Under the pieces are notes generated by a model that saw only the letters and a list, made by a program, of their open reading frames with translations, was not told the DNA's origin and ran no database searches. Position numbers and translations under genes: made by a program. A DNA stretch of 64,000 nucleotides from Paragordius varius (lineage: Eukaryota > Animalia > Nematomorpha): NCBI GenBank assembly GCA_964247055.1, contig OZ176056.1, forward strand, positions 7,502,001 to 7,566,000. The letters are read 5' to 3'. This document shows positions 1 to 11,407 of the stretch, one piece after another (within the stretch, counting starts at the first letter, position 1; each line of letters opens with the position of its first letter).

Positions 1-1173
1 CAAATTCGGATAGGTAACAGATCAAAATAACAGCTGATATTTAGATCTAAAATCTAATTTTTTCATAAATTCTAATTTATAAGTTATGCAAATTTAATAT
101 TTGTATTTTGAATCATAATATACATTAATTTTCATTTATATCATGTTATTTTGTGGTAAAAATATATATACTAAAATTTATCATATTTTAATTAATTTAT
201 ATATAAAGCAAATTTTTAATTTACAGCTTTGTAATTTAATATTGGATACAACTATTTCAAAAATTCATAATCAAAATTTCTTATGCATTTAAAACAATTT
301 CCGAGAATATATTTTTGCCATCTATCGCGTTATAAAAAATGATTGGCCATTAAATTTTAAGATAAGTATTTTTACAATTTTTTATATTTCAAAAATGAAT
401 ATCACAGAAAAAATATCATATTATAAAGACAAAAATTTAAGGTCAAAATATTTTTTTTAAAGACGTCCATACTTTTTTTAATCATAACTTTTATATGATA
501 ACTAACCAATTGTTTTAGGTTTAAAAATAGGAATAAAGATATATTTTGTTAAAATTTAAACAAAAGTCACATAGTTATTTTTATAAATAATTGATTATAG
601 AAAATATATATGCTATTTTTTCCTAAAAAATCCTTTAGTTTTTACGTTTTGTTTTTATGATAATGAAATGGTTAAATTTTATTTTTGATATTTTTTAGGT
701 TCTTATCGATTTGGATAAATGATACATTGTACAAAACAGAAAGAATTTTAGTCAAGGATTAAGAAGGGGATTTATACAATGGCCAAATATTGGGAAAATT
801 ATATGGTATGATGTTGAGAAAAATTATAGAATGCGCATTTTTTAATAATTAAATAGTATAACTTTTTGGAGTTTAATATAATGATTACTTTGGCAAACTT
901 CTTGTGGTAATAAAATGGGGTTTTATCATTATGAAATTATAGATTAAATTTTATATACAAGGTAAATTTTTGATTTAAAAAAAATTTAAATTTACATGCA
1001 AAAATTTTTTGGCTACTTACTTCCCTTTTAATTAACTTATCTATTATTTGTTAAAAAATATTTTAAAGCAATTTTTTACAATATACTTTTCACAAAATAA
1101 GATTTTTGCTATTTTTTGTTACTTTGTTTTAAATCGAAACTATACACAATCATTTCATTTTTTTATACAACCA

Positions 1174-1765
1174 CTAGCGTAAATCTCGTGCTGCTACGCA
1201 GCCCGAGGAAGTCCTTCCTTCCGGGGGGGGGGGGGGGGGGGGGGGGGGGCTATTTGAAAAAAGGGACAATAAAATGATCCACATATGTGGATTATTTCGA
1301 AACATTCTTTATTAGCTATGATCTCATAGGAATTTTAAAATGGTGCATTCAAACTAATATATTGTTTACTTGGGGGAAAATAGCAAATTTTTTTGTGGAC
1401 TTTGTTTTTTGAAAAAAATGGCATTTTACGGGGGGGTAAAAGAGGGCCTAAATTAAATAAGCGAGCCGACTATGTTCGGCGCAATCGAAAATAAGTAAAC
1501 AAAAATCATATTTGTTAATGAATGGTCCAACACGTTCTCCGGAAAATTGTCTCAAAGACACGATTTTTGTGGACTTTTGTTTTCAAAAAAAACCCTTTTA
1601 CACGGGGTGGGCCCGAACTGGGGGCCTAATTCAAAAAAGGGCGAAGCTATTGTTAAGGCATTTATTAATGATTATATTTTTTCGACATTTGGATTTGAAT
1701 GGGTCTACCGGTTTTCCGGAAACAGATCACAAAGCCAGCATTTTCCATTTTTATAAATATATAGA
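1174..1765 (-). mobile_element. Non-autonomous Helitron, short subfamily, complete (592 bp)
   Basis: Minus strand starts A|TCTATATATTTATAAAAATGG and ends with a GC hairpin (CTCGGGCTGCGTAGCAGCACGAG) 7 nt before CTAG|T; inserted between A and T with no TSD; sibling at 22661-23242. Confidence 0.85.
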
Positions 1766-1984
1766 TTACCATAAATAAGGTTTAATATCTAACATCCTAT
1801 ACATATGATAGAAATAATAAATAATTATGTATAAAATCAATAAAGTCTGATTGATCATTTGATTGTCTCGTTTGAATATTGAGATAGACAATTTTATTTG
1901 AAATGAACATAATATATTTTTGATTTTATAAGCAATTTTATTATGCGGCACGAAGTTTTTAAATCATTCACATAGTCTCATAAG

Positions 1985-2560
1985 TTTTCTGAAATTTGGC
2001 TCCAAAGGTAGGCTGTATCGATATGATGGCGCAGTTGTAGGCGGGTAGCCCCTTAACCAAAGGCCAATATAAAAATGTAGTTAGATAAAAAATTGCCTTT
2101 ATACCTGGAATCATCGTTCATTCCTAATAGTTTATGGAAGAATGGCTTCAAAACTAAATAATAGTTCAATGATAGCGCATTTTTTAGGAGTAAAGGGCCT
2201 ATATAACGACTAATTTAAAATAACCGCTCTACTAAAATTTTTGACCTTTTACGGGTAATACTTTAAGCTGCTATTGAACTCATATGACCTGATAGGTTTT
2301 CTGCCACAAAAGCACGCTATTTCAATATGACGGGTCAGTTTTTCGCTGGTAGCTCCTTACCCAGCAGCTATCATCAAAGAAACGCTTGACTCAAATTTTT
2401 GCCTTTTTACAGGAAATACGTGGAGTCCTTATGGAAGTTTTACGGTCTTATACCTTGGTCGAAAAATAGATTTAAAAATTATTTTTGTGAACTTTGTTTT
2501 TTTGAAAAAAAGGCATTTTACGGGAGGAGAGGGTAAAAAGAGGGCCCACAAATACATTAT
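1985..2560 (-). mobile_element. Internal fragment of the long Helitron subfamily (tandem subrepeats); duplicated at ~10595-11165 (+)
   Basis: Shares motifs (AACTGCGCCA, GAGCTACCCG, AAAAACTGACCCGTCATA) with 11750-13340; no termini seen; boundaries approximate. Confidence 0.65.
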
Positions 2561-4311
2561 AAATATAAGAAAATATTTTAGTCTTTGGTATATTTTTTAT
2601 TTGAATGAATGCGTTTTAGCAGATTGTAAAATCATTTAACGGCAAATATTTTTCCATTATTTTTTAACAATATTTATAAAATTTTTGAAAATGTAACTAA
2701 TAAAATCGAAAAATCTTATACATGGCAACTGACATATATATTCAATATCTGTTTATAGTAATGTACCTAAAAGGGATGAATTGCATTTTTTTGGCTTATT
2801 ATTTTACAAATATTTTTTGATATAAGATCGTTTTAGAAAGACTAACTACTTTAACACACTCCATTACCTTTCGTGTAGTTTTATATCCCAGAGCGATTTT
2901 TAATTTGAATATCGTAAAAAGTATTTACTACAAATTCAAAAATATGCTTTTTAGTTTTAGGTGCATTATACAAATTTTTTTTTTGAAAATTGTAAAAAAC
3001 TATTCTAAACTTTTTTGCCGCCATATTTTTTCTAAATATTAAATTACTTGCAACAGACAATAATGTGTATTATGGTTAGAAAATGTAAAAATAATTAACT
3101 TTTAAAATCAGGCTACATTTTACCAGCATAAATTTTAGATTTTGTTTTTTATCGTTTATATCGTGTTTTAGGGCTGTCCCAATTTTAGACTTTACAAGTC
3201 ACAAAACTGTAAAAAATATAATCTTTTTTAACTAATACATAAGATTATAACAATGTTTGATTATTAAGTTTACCTAAAACTTTCGCTTTGCGATATAAAA
3301 TTACCCCAAAATGTAAACTAAGACAAAAATTGAAAAGGTAATGGATAGTTAATAAGTAATAAAACAGTTGTGGGTTCATTTGTTTGCGTTTGCTGACTTC
3401 TCAATTTCTTTAATAGAGAATGTATATTAATACCTATTGTTTTTTTGCTTCGATGAAATTATTTGTTTTGCGCATTTTCGAGCGTTTTAACACTTCTGTA
3501 TGGGATGATATTTTAGGGTTGTTTTCCACCCCAGAGCTTCCCATAGATTAAAGCAGTAAACAAACTTATGTTTAATTATAATATCTTCTGCAGTATTTGA
3601 TTAAAAACTCAAGGTTTTTACAATTATCTAACTAGAGTCCCCCAGCTTCAAAACGATTGAAAAGCTGTAAAGGAATAAAAAATTTGTTGGTATTGTAATT
3701 TATCCCGAATAGTTTTTATATTTTTAAACCATATTATACAGTTAATTCTTGTTGTATTCATGCTGATGTTGAAATGGGATTTTAGTTTAAAAAAAATTGT
3801 ACCATCCACCTAAAAGGCTAATTTATGTATTTTAATTTGGCTCAATGCTATATTTTTAAAAAACTTAATTATATGGTGGGACATAATACTAACCCAAAGA
3901 TCATGAAGTGTTAATAAAATATTTTATTGTAAAATTTAAGGCAAACTAATTTAATAAGTTATACAATAATTATTTGTACTGATAATTTACTTTATTAGTG
4001 GATTTGTTTTGCTTAGTTAGCTTTTTTATGTTTGTTTACGTTTAAATTTTTTTGCCTGATTTCGCTAATAGAAGATTTTATTTAGCCTAACCTTTGTATA
4101 GATAATATACTTTTAGCTCGTTCAAAATTATAAGATAGACAATTTTGAGAAATTATACGTGCGTATGTTTACACGTGTAAAAATACGATTCATCCAAATA
4201 AATTAAAAGTGTGTATATATGATATTTCTTGGAAACGAAAAAAATTTAGCTCAAAAGCATTACGTTTGAAATAATATATTCATTTTATATTTTTTTTATT
4301 TTCGCCCCTAT

Positions 4312-7073
4312 ATGTTGTCTATCTACCAACTTATTATGTCGAAAACGGCATTCCTAATGTTAACAATCATGGCAATTTTTGTGATGACTTCTGCCCAATC
4401 GTCAGTTATAAAATGCCCAGTTATGCCAACTACTGTTAAATGCACTTGCAATGCAAAACTTGATAATAATGATACGTTTTATGATGTTTTTTGTAATAGT
4501 TTAACTGATCAAGACCATATTCATAATGTTTTAAGAGTGTTTGATAGTGCCAAATATCGTAAAACACCAATTAAGCTGTTGATACAAAATTCAAAGTTTT
4601 ACGATCCAAATAATGAAATTGCCCTATATAAATGTCAAAATTGTCTCTTTACAAATACTATTTACCTCGATCGAGAAAATGAATGAAACTGCATTTGAAA
4701 CTATGAATGCCGAACTTGAAGAATTTGTTATTATGGATCCAAAAAGTTTGTTTCTGCGCACAGATCAATTTCAAATGATAATGGAGGCAATGAGGCGCCT
4801 GACCAACCTTAAAAAATTAACGTTGGATTTTTCGGATTTTAAAACCTTAAACTTAACACATTTCAATATTTTTACCCGATTGGATGAATTAACTTTGGCT
4901 TTAACTCATGTTACTGATGTACAAGGTGAACTAAATTTACCGAAATTAAAAAATTTGCATTTTGAAAGCAAAGTAAGTGTGTTGCCCTTTCAAAAAGGTA
5001 ATTTACCAAATTTAGAAACGCTCACTGTAACCTCCACCTATCTCAAAAATATTGATAACTATTCTTTCACATCTCTGCCAAATATCAAAAATCTGTATTT
5101 AAATGGAGGCCAAAACATTGCTTTAAACGCCTTAGTGAACTTGAAACAATTAGAAATGCTGACTATTTCCAATAATAATTTGCGAAATTTACCCCTATTT
5201 TGTAAATTAACAAGGTAAAATATTATTATTAAATAGGATGCCAATAGTAAGTACTTTGCTCTATTATCCTTATGATACTTAAGGTGCGATAAAATGTATT
5301 GAATAATTGCAATATATTTTAAATTATCTTAATAAAGACGTGGTGATAAAGTGATTGACCTAAAATCATAGGCTATGTGTAAATGTGGCAAAATTTAAGG
5401 CCAAAAATTCCTCATTTTTTTCATCAATAATAAATTTAAATGGGAATCACCCTCTTTTGTAGTTTTTAAATAATATTTTAAAGTTGACCTGGAGTATCCA
5501 TTTACCCAAATTTGTATCAAAGTGTTAAAAAGAAGAAATAATTTTTAACGCAAATACTCGAATTCTTTTTTATTAATTTTTTTAAAACACTTAAAATCAA
5601 TAATTCTCTTTTCTGTATAGAAAGAATCACGGAATTTCCGTGTTATCCCATATTACTGTTTCGAACACCTTTATTGCCGATGACGCTTTGACCAGTGATG
5701 TTTTTGAGGATTGCACAAACCTAACGATTCTAGAGTTGAGTGGAAGTAAAATTAGATATCTTCCCAACAATCTTTTACTTAGTGCCCGAAATCTCACCTA
5801 TTTAGATCTAAAGCATAATTATATGACTGAAATTCCATCCGGTTTATTATCCAACCTACCTAATTTGAATTTTCTTGATCTGGGCTACAATAACCTAACA
5901 CATGTATCATCTAATGCATGGATTCACAATCCTAAGTTAGAAAGATTAAGTTTGGAAGGAAACAATATAGAAAGCTTTAAAAATGATAATACCGACCTAC
6001 CATACTTAATGGCATTTGGTTTGATTAAAAACAAACTTTCTAGGTTCCCATTTAGATCTTTTATGAAACATAAAAACATTTCCCTTATTTACTTAAATGG
6101 AAATGAGATTAAGAGCATCGATGGTTTGTTGGAACTCATTATAGCTCATTCAACAATAATTATTGATCTTGAAAGTATGTTTATATGTATTACATATATA
6201 GATATAGAATACAGTCATGTATCCTTTGTTTTATCAATTTTTTTCGTTAAATGGGTATAAATATTTGGTAAAGAATGGAAAAAACAAGAGCTCTATGATA
6301 TTAACAATATCATATTTATTACAAAAGTATAAGAATTACCATAGAGCTCTTGTTTTTTTCCATTCTTTATCAAATATTTATACCCATTTAACGAAAAAAA
6401 AATAAATTTTTGATAAAATCAAGGATACATGACTGTAAAGCTAAGAGCATCATTAGTGATAAAAAGCGAAAAAAATACACTTGGCTTAATATTTTCTTTT
6501 GCTGCATAAGTTATCTGGCAAAAATTATTTACTTATACTCTTTGTATATATATTAAAATTACAGCAACCTTATTAGCACTAAAAATCCATCATTAAATTA
6601 TACGAATTCATCAACGTTTATTATCAGCAAAATGCAAATTGGTTAATATGCTTTTATACATTAATAAAACCAGCTTAAATTTTGTTTTTTATGCTAAAGA
6701 ATCATAGCTATAACGAGCTTAACTTTCATTTCTTATTATTGTAGATAATCCTATTGTGTGTGATTGCGACGTGTATAATTTGGTCGCTTGGTATCATGGT
6801 AATTACAAAAAACCTGTTCCAGGAAACGATATAAACTTTGTTTCTACTTACGAGAACATTACCATTGATATATCCCAACTTTACCTGAACGGATTATGTT
6901 CTAATCCTAAAATGAATATCTTTGACATTTCAATTTTAGATGTAACTTTGATTGAAAAACTTTCTCCTCTTTGCGCCGGTCAAAAAGACATGGCACACAG
7001 TTCCTCTGGGGTTGTAGGACATAGTTCTTCTGGGAGTGCCCACAATTCTGTGGGTTTTGAAGATATGATTTAA
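4312..7073 (+). CDS. Secreted leucine-rich-repeat protein (signal peptide, Cys N-cap, LRRs, LRRCT-like cap, no TM segment); exons 4312-5214, 5621-6174, 6745-7073; +1 frame break near 4578-4612
   Basis: Hydrophobic N-terminus then CPVMPTTVKCTC cap; repeated LxxLxLxxNxL motifs (e.g. LTYLDLKHNYMTEIP); NPIVCDC cap; GT-AG introns with matching phases (2, 1). Could be a pseudogene or contain an assembly indel. Confidence 0.85.
6271..6367. repeat. Tiny TA-flanked hairpin/MITE (~27 bp inverted arms) in LRR intron 2
   Basis: AAGAATGGAAAAAACAAGAGCTCTATG ... CATAGAGCTCTTGTTTTTTTCCATTCTT, with TA on both sides. Confidence 0.7.
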
Positions 7074-7835
7074 AATTTATGAAATATTTTTAAATATATA
7101 TACCTGCTTATCATAATTAATGTTTACGGGTTTATTCAATTTTTAAAACACTTATTATTAATTTAAAATTTGAGGTAATAATTTTTTTACACACAAATAT
7201 TGTAATTTGGGCAATCATTACTCATTCTTAATTTGATTATACTTATATCACGAGATTTTAACAATATATATTTTTTATGTATGCTTGGGTATCTTTTAAA
7301 AATTTAATAAATATTTTTTGCAGCTATATTTATATATATATTTGGAGATAGATTTTGTGATTTAATATATTTTGAAAATCCTAACTTAAGTTTACTCTGC
7401 GGTATTTAGATACCCCAATTTGAATCGAAGTGTTAACTTTGTAATTACGATATTAGCGTGAAATAATAATGAAATTATGTGTATGTGCGAAAAATAAAAA
7501 TGTAACCTCCATAGTCCAAGTATTAACAGAAAAGCATATAACATTATACAATTCATTTATTCGTCAGAATTACTTGTTTATTAATTTAGGAAAATATAAT
7601 AACTATTTAGGTGAGAATCGGTTTTTTTATTTAATCAAAAAACCAAAAACAATGAGTGTTTTACATATGGGTCCATTAAATAGTTATTTATATTAAAACT
7701 TTGATTCAAAATGGGGTATCTAAATACCTCAGACTAAATTTAAGTTAGCATAGTTTATAATAATAAACAAAATGCTCTTTTGCAAGTTGTTTCGAATACT
7801 TTGAATTTTCACTGTTTCTAACTAAGAGAGTTCCA

Positions 7836-7940
7836 AATTCGGATAGGAATCACGATCAAAATAACAGCTGACATATAAATTGAAAATCTAATTTTATTTA
7901 TTAGCTATGCAAATTTAATATTTGTATTTTGAACCATAAT
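7836..7940 (+). repeat. Dispersed repeat shared with window positions 1-130; adjacent inverted pair at ~7405-7430/7700-7730 resembles the TIRs of the TTAA family at 47.7-49.9 kb
   Basis: CAAATTCGGATAGG...GATCAAAATAACAGCTGA occurs at 1 and ~7836; GGTATTTAGATACCCCAATTTGAATCGAAG motif recurs near 48880 and 49875. Confidence 0.55.
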
Positions 7941-8241
7941 ATATTTCCTCAAATCCTAGATTCAAAAATAATCGAAGAATCAAGGGACGGCAAAAGTGTA
8001 GGATGCGGTTTTTTCCACAAGTTTTATTTTTTTTAAAAAAATGTACATCCGCGTAAAAACTGAAGAAAGCATTTTAAATTCCTAAATATTTTTTTTGTCT
8101 CTCGGGTATAATAACTGATTTAGATATCAGCTGCTCCTTTAATAGTGTTAGCTATCATTTGGGATACTCTAGAACAGGGCTTCAAAACTATGGGTCGTCG
8201 CGAGTGATAAAATTAATAACAAAAAATGTTTTTTTTACTTG

Positions 8242-9355
8242 TCTATATATTTATAAAAATGGAAAATGCGGCTTTGTGATATGTTTCCGGAAAACCGGTA
8301 GACCCAATGAAATCCAAATGTGGAAAAAATATATTCATTAATAATGCCTCGACAACAGCTTCGATCTTTTTTGAATTAGGCCCCTAGTTTGGGCCCATTC
8401 CGTGTAAAAAACGGTTTTTTGAGGTCCACAAAAATCGTGTCTTTGAGAGGTTGGACCAATCAATTTGAAATAGGATTTTTGTTTAGTTATTTTCGATAGC
8501 GCCGAACATAGTCCGATCGTTTTTTCAATTTAGGCCCTCTTTTTACCCGCTCTCCCCGTAAAAGACCATTTTTTTCAAAAAATTAAGTCCACAAAAATAA
8601 TTTTTTGAAACTATTTTTCCCCCAAAGTATGAGACCGTAAAAGTATTCCCTGTTAAAAGGCAAAAAATTTAAAATGTTTCTTTGATGATAGCTGCTGGGT
8701 AAGAACATACCCGCTAAAAACTGACCCGTCATATATAAATAGCGTGCCTTTGGCTAAATTTAAGAAAACCTATCAGGCCATATGAGTTCAATAACTGCTT
8801 AAAATATTATCCGTAACAAGGCAAAAATTTAGGTCTTGCGGTGTTTTAATATTAGCCGTTAATTAGGCCCTTCACGCCCTGAAAAATACACCACCATAGA
8901 ATGATTTTTTGGTTTTTAGGCAATTTTTCCAAAACCTAATGAGAGCATATGGAATCAATCATGATTTCAGGTATTCTCCGTAAAAAGACAAAAATTTTAA
9001 AGCGCTTTTTTTGTATCAGCTGGGCAGGGAGCTACCCGCCTACAACTGCGCCACCATATCAAAATTGCGTTGTTTAGGAGTTAATTTGATCAGGCCATAT
9101 AAGTTTTATAAGGGCCTGAAATACTACCCGTAAAAAGGTAAATATTTAAGTCGAGCGGTTTTTTTAAATTAGCGGTTAAATAGGCACTTTATGCCCTTAC
9201 GCTATCATTGAACTATTTTAGTTTTTAAGCCATTCTTCCATAAACTTTTAAGAACATATGGAATGAATGATGGTTCCAGAAGGCAAAAATTTTTACGACG
9301 TCTTTTTTATATTGGCCTTTGGGTAGGGGGCTGCCCGCCAACAACTGCGCACCAT
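8242..9355 (+). mobile_element. Long-subfamily Helitron, 5' intact, 3' truncated at the LRR fragment
   Basis: TCTATATATTTATAAAAATGG 5' end; near-identical direct copy of 11408-~12530. Confidence 0.75.
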
Positions 9356-9616
9356 ATTTGATGTATTACGATATTCGGCACCATTAAACACTCTTAAAAC
9401 ATTATGAATATGGTCTTGATCAGTTAAACTATGGCAAAAAACATTATAAAACTTATCATTATAATCAAGTATTGATGCATTGCAAGTGCATTCAACAGTA
9501 GTTGGCATAACTGGGCATTTTATAACTGACGATTGGGCAGAAGTCACAAAAATTGTCATGAATGTTAACATTAGGAATGCCGTTTTCGACATAATAAGTT
9601 GGTAGATAGACAACAT
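9355..9616 (-). pseudogene. Truncated paralogous copy of the LRR gene 5' end (signal peptide + N-cap, ~87 codons)
   Basis: Reverse complement aligns to 4312-4572; the provided ORF runs on into Helitron sequence and stops. Confidence 0.85.
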
Positions 9617-11407
9617 ATAGGGGCAAAAATAAAAAAATATAAAATGAATATATTATTTCAAACGTAATGCTTTTGAGCTAAATTTTTTTCGTTTCCAAGA
9701 AATATCATATATACAGACTTTAATTTATTTGGATGAATCGTATTTTTACACGTGTAAACATACGCACGTATAATTTCTCAAAATTGTCTATCTTATAATT
9801 TTGAACGAGCTAAAAGTATATTATCTATACAAAGGTTGGGCTAAATAATATCTTCTATTAGCGAAATCAGGTAAAAATTTTAAACGTAAACAAACATAAA
9901 AAAGCTAACTAAGCAAAACAAATCCACTAATAAAGTAAATTATCAGTACAAATAATTATTGTATAACTTATTAAATTCCTTACATTGTTAAAATAAAATA
10001 TTTTATTAACACTTCATGATCTTTGGGGTGGTATTATGTCCCACCATAAAATCAAATTTCTTAAAAATATAGCATTGAGCCAAATTAAAATAGATAATTT
10101 AGCCTTTTAGGTGTTGGAAAAAAGATGGCGGCAAAAAAGTTTTAGATAAGTTTTTACAATTTTCAAAAAAAAATTTGTATATCACCTAAAACTAAAAAGC
10201 ATATTTTTGAATTTGTAGTAAATACTTTTTACGATATTCAAATTAAAAATCGCTCTGGGATATAAAACTACACAAAAGGTAATGGAGTGTGTTAAAGTAG
10301 TTAGTCTTTCTAAAACGATCTTATATCAAAAAATATTTGTAAAATAATAAGCCAAAAAAATGCAATTCATCCTTTTAGGTACACTACTATAAACAGATAT
10401 TGAATATACATGTCAGTTGCCATGTATAAGATTTTTCGATTTTATTAGTTACATTTTCAAAAATTTTATAAATATTGTTAAAAAATAATGGAGAAAAATT
10501 TGCCGTTAAATGATTTTACAATCTGCTAAAACGCATTCATTCAAATAAAAAATATACCAAAGACTAAAATATTTTCTTATATTTATAATGTATTTGTGGG
10601 CCCTCTTTTTACCCTCTCCTCCCGTAAAATGCCATTTTTTTTTCAAAAAAACAAAGTTCACAAAAATAATTTTTAAATCTATTTTTCGACCAAGGTATAA
10701 GACCGTAAAACTTCCATAAGGACTCCACGTATTCCCTGTTTAAAGGAAAAAATTTGAGTCAAGCGTTTCTTTGATGATAGCTGCTGGGTAAGGAGCTACC
10801 GGCGAAAAACTGACCCGTCATATTGAAATAGCGTGCTTTTGTGGCAGAAAACCTATCAGGTCATATGAGTTCAATAGCTGCTTAAAGTATTACCCGTAAA
10901 AGGTCAAAAATTTTAGTAGAGCGGTTATTTTAAATTAGTCGTTATATAGGCCCTTTACTCCCTAAAAAATGCGCTATCATTGAACTATTATTTAGTTTTG
11001 AAGCCATTCTTCCATAAACTATTAGGAATGAACGATGATTCCAGGTATAAAGGCAATTTTTTTATCTAACTACATTTTTATATTGGCCTTTGGGTAAGGG
11101 GCTACCCGCCTACAACTGCGCCATCATATCGATACAGCCTACCTTTGGAGCCAAATTTCAGAAAACTTATGAGACTATGTGAATGATTTAAAAACTTCGT
11201 GCCGCATAATAAATTTGCTTATAATATATTATGTTCATTTCAAATAAAATTGTCTATCTCAATATTCAAACGAGACAATCAAATGATCAATCAGACTTTA
11301 TTGATTTTATACATAAAATTGTATGTTTATTGTTTTATTATTTATTTATCTATCATATGTATAGGATGTTAAAAAATATATGGATAATAAAACATTATTT
11401 ATGGTAA
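9355..11407 (-). repeat. Inverted segmental duplication of 1766-4572 (lacking ~3021-3807)
   Basis: Long runs of near identity by eye, e.g. 2560-2990 vs 10150-10600 and 4021-4311 vs 9617-9907. Confidence 0.9.

Noticed and set aside
1512-1778. ORFs 1512-1778, 1547-1756, 8159-8341, 11395-11598 and 22530-23146 with similar peptides (MSQRHDFCGLLFSKK...)
   Set aside because: All lie in Helitron copies, in different frames and strands with non-shared stops; similarity reflects the DNA repeat, not a protein family.
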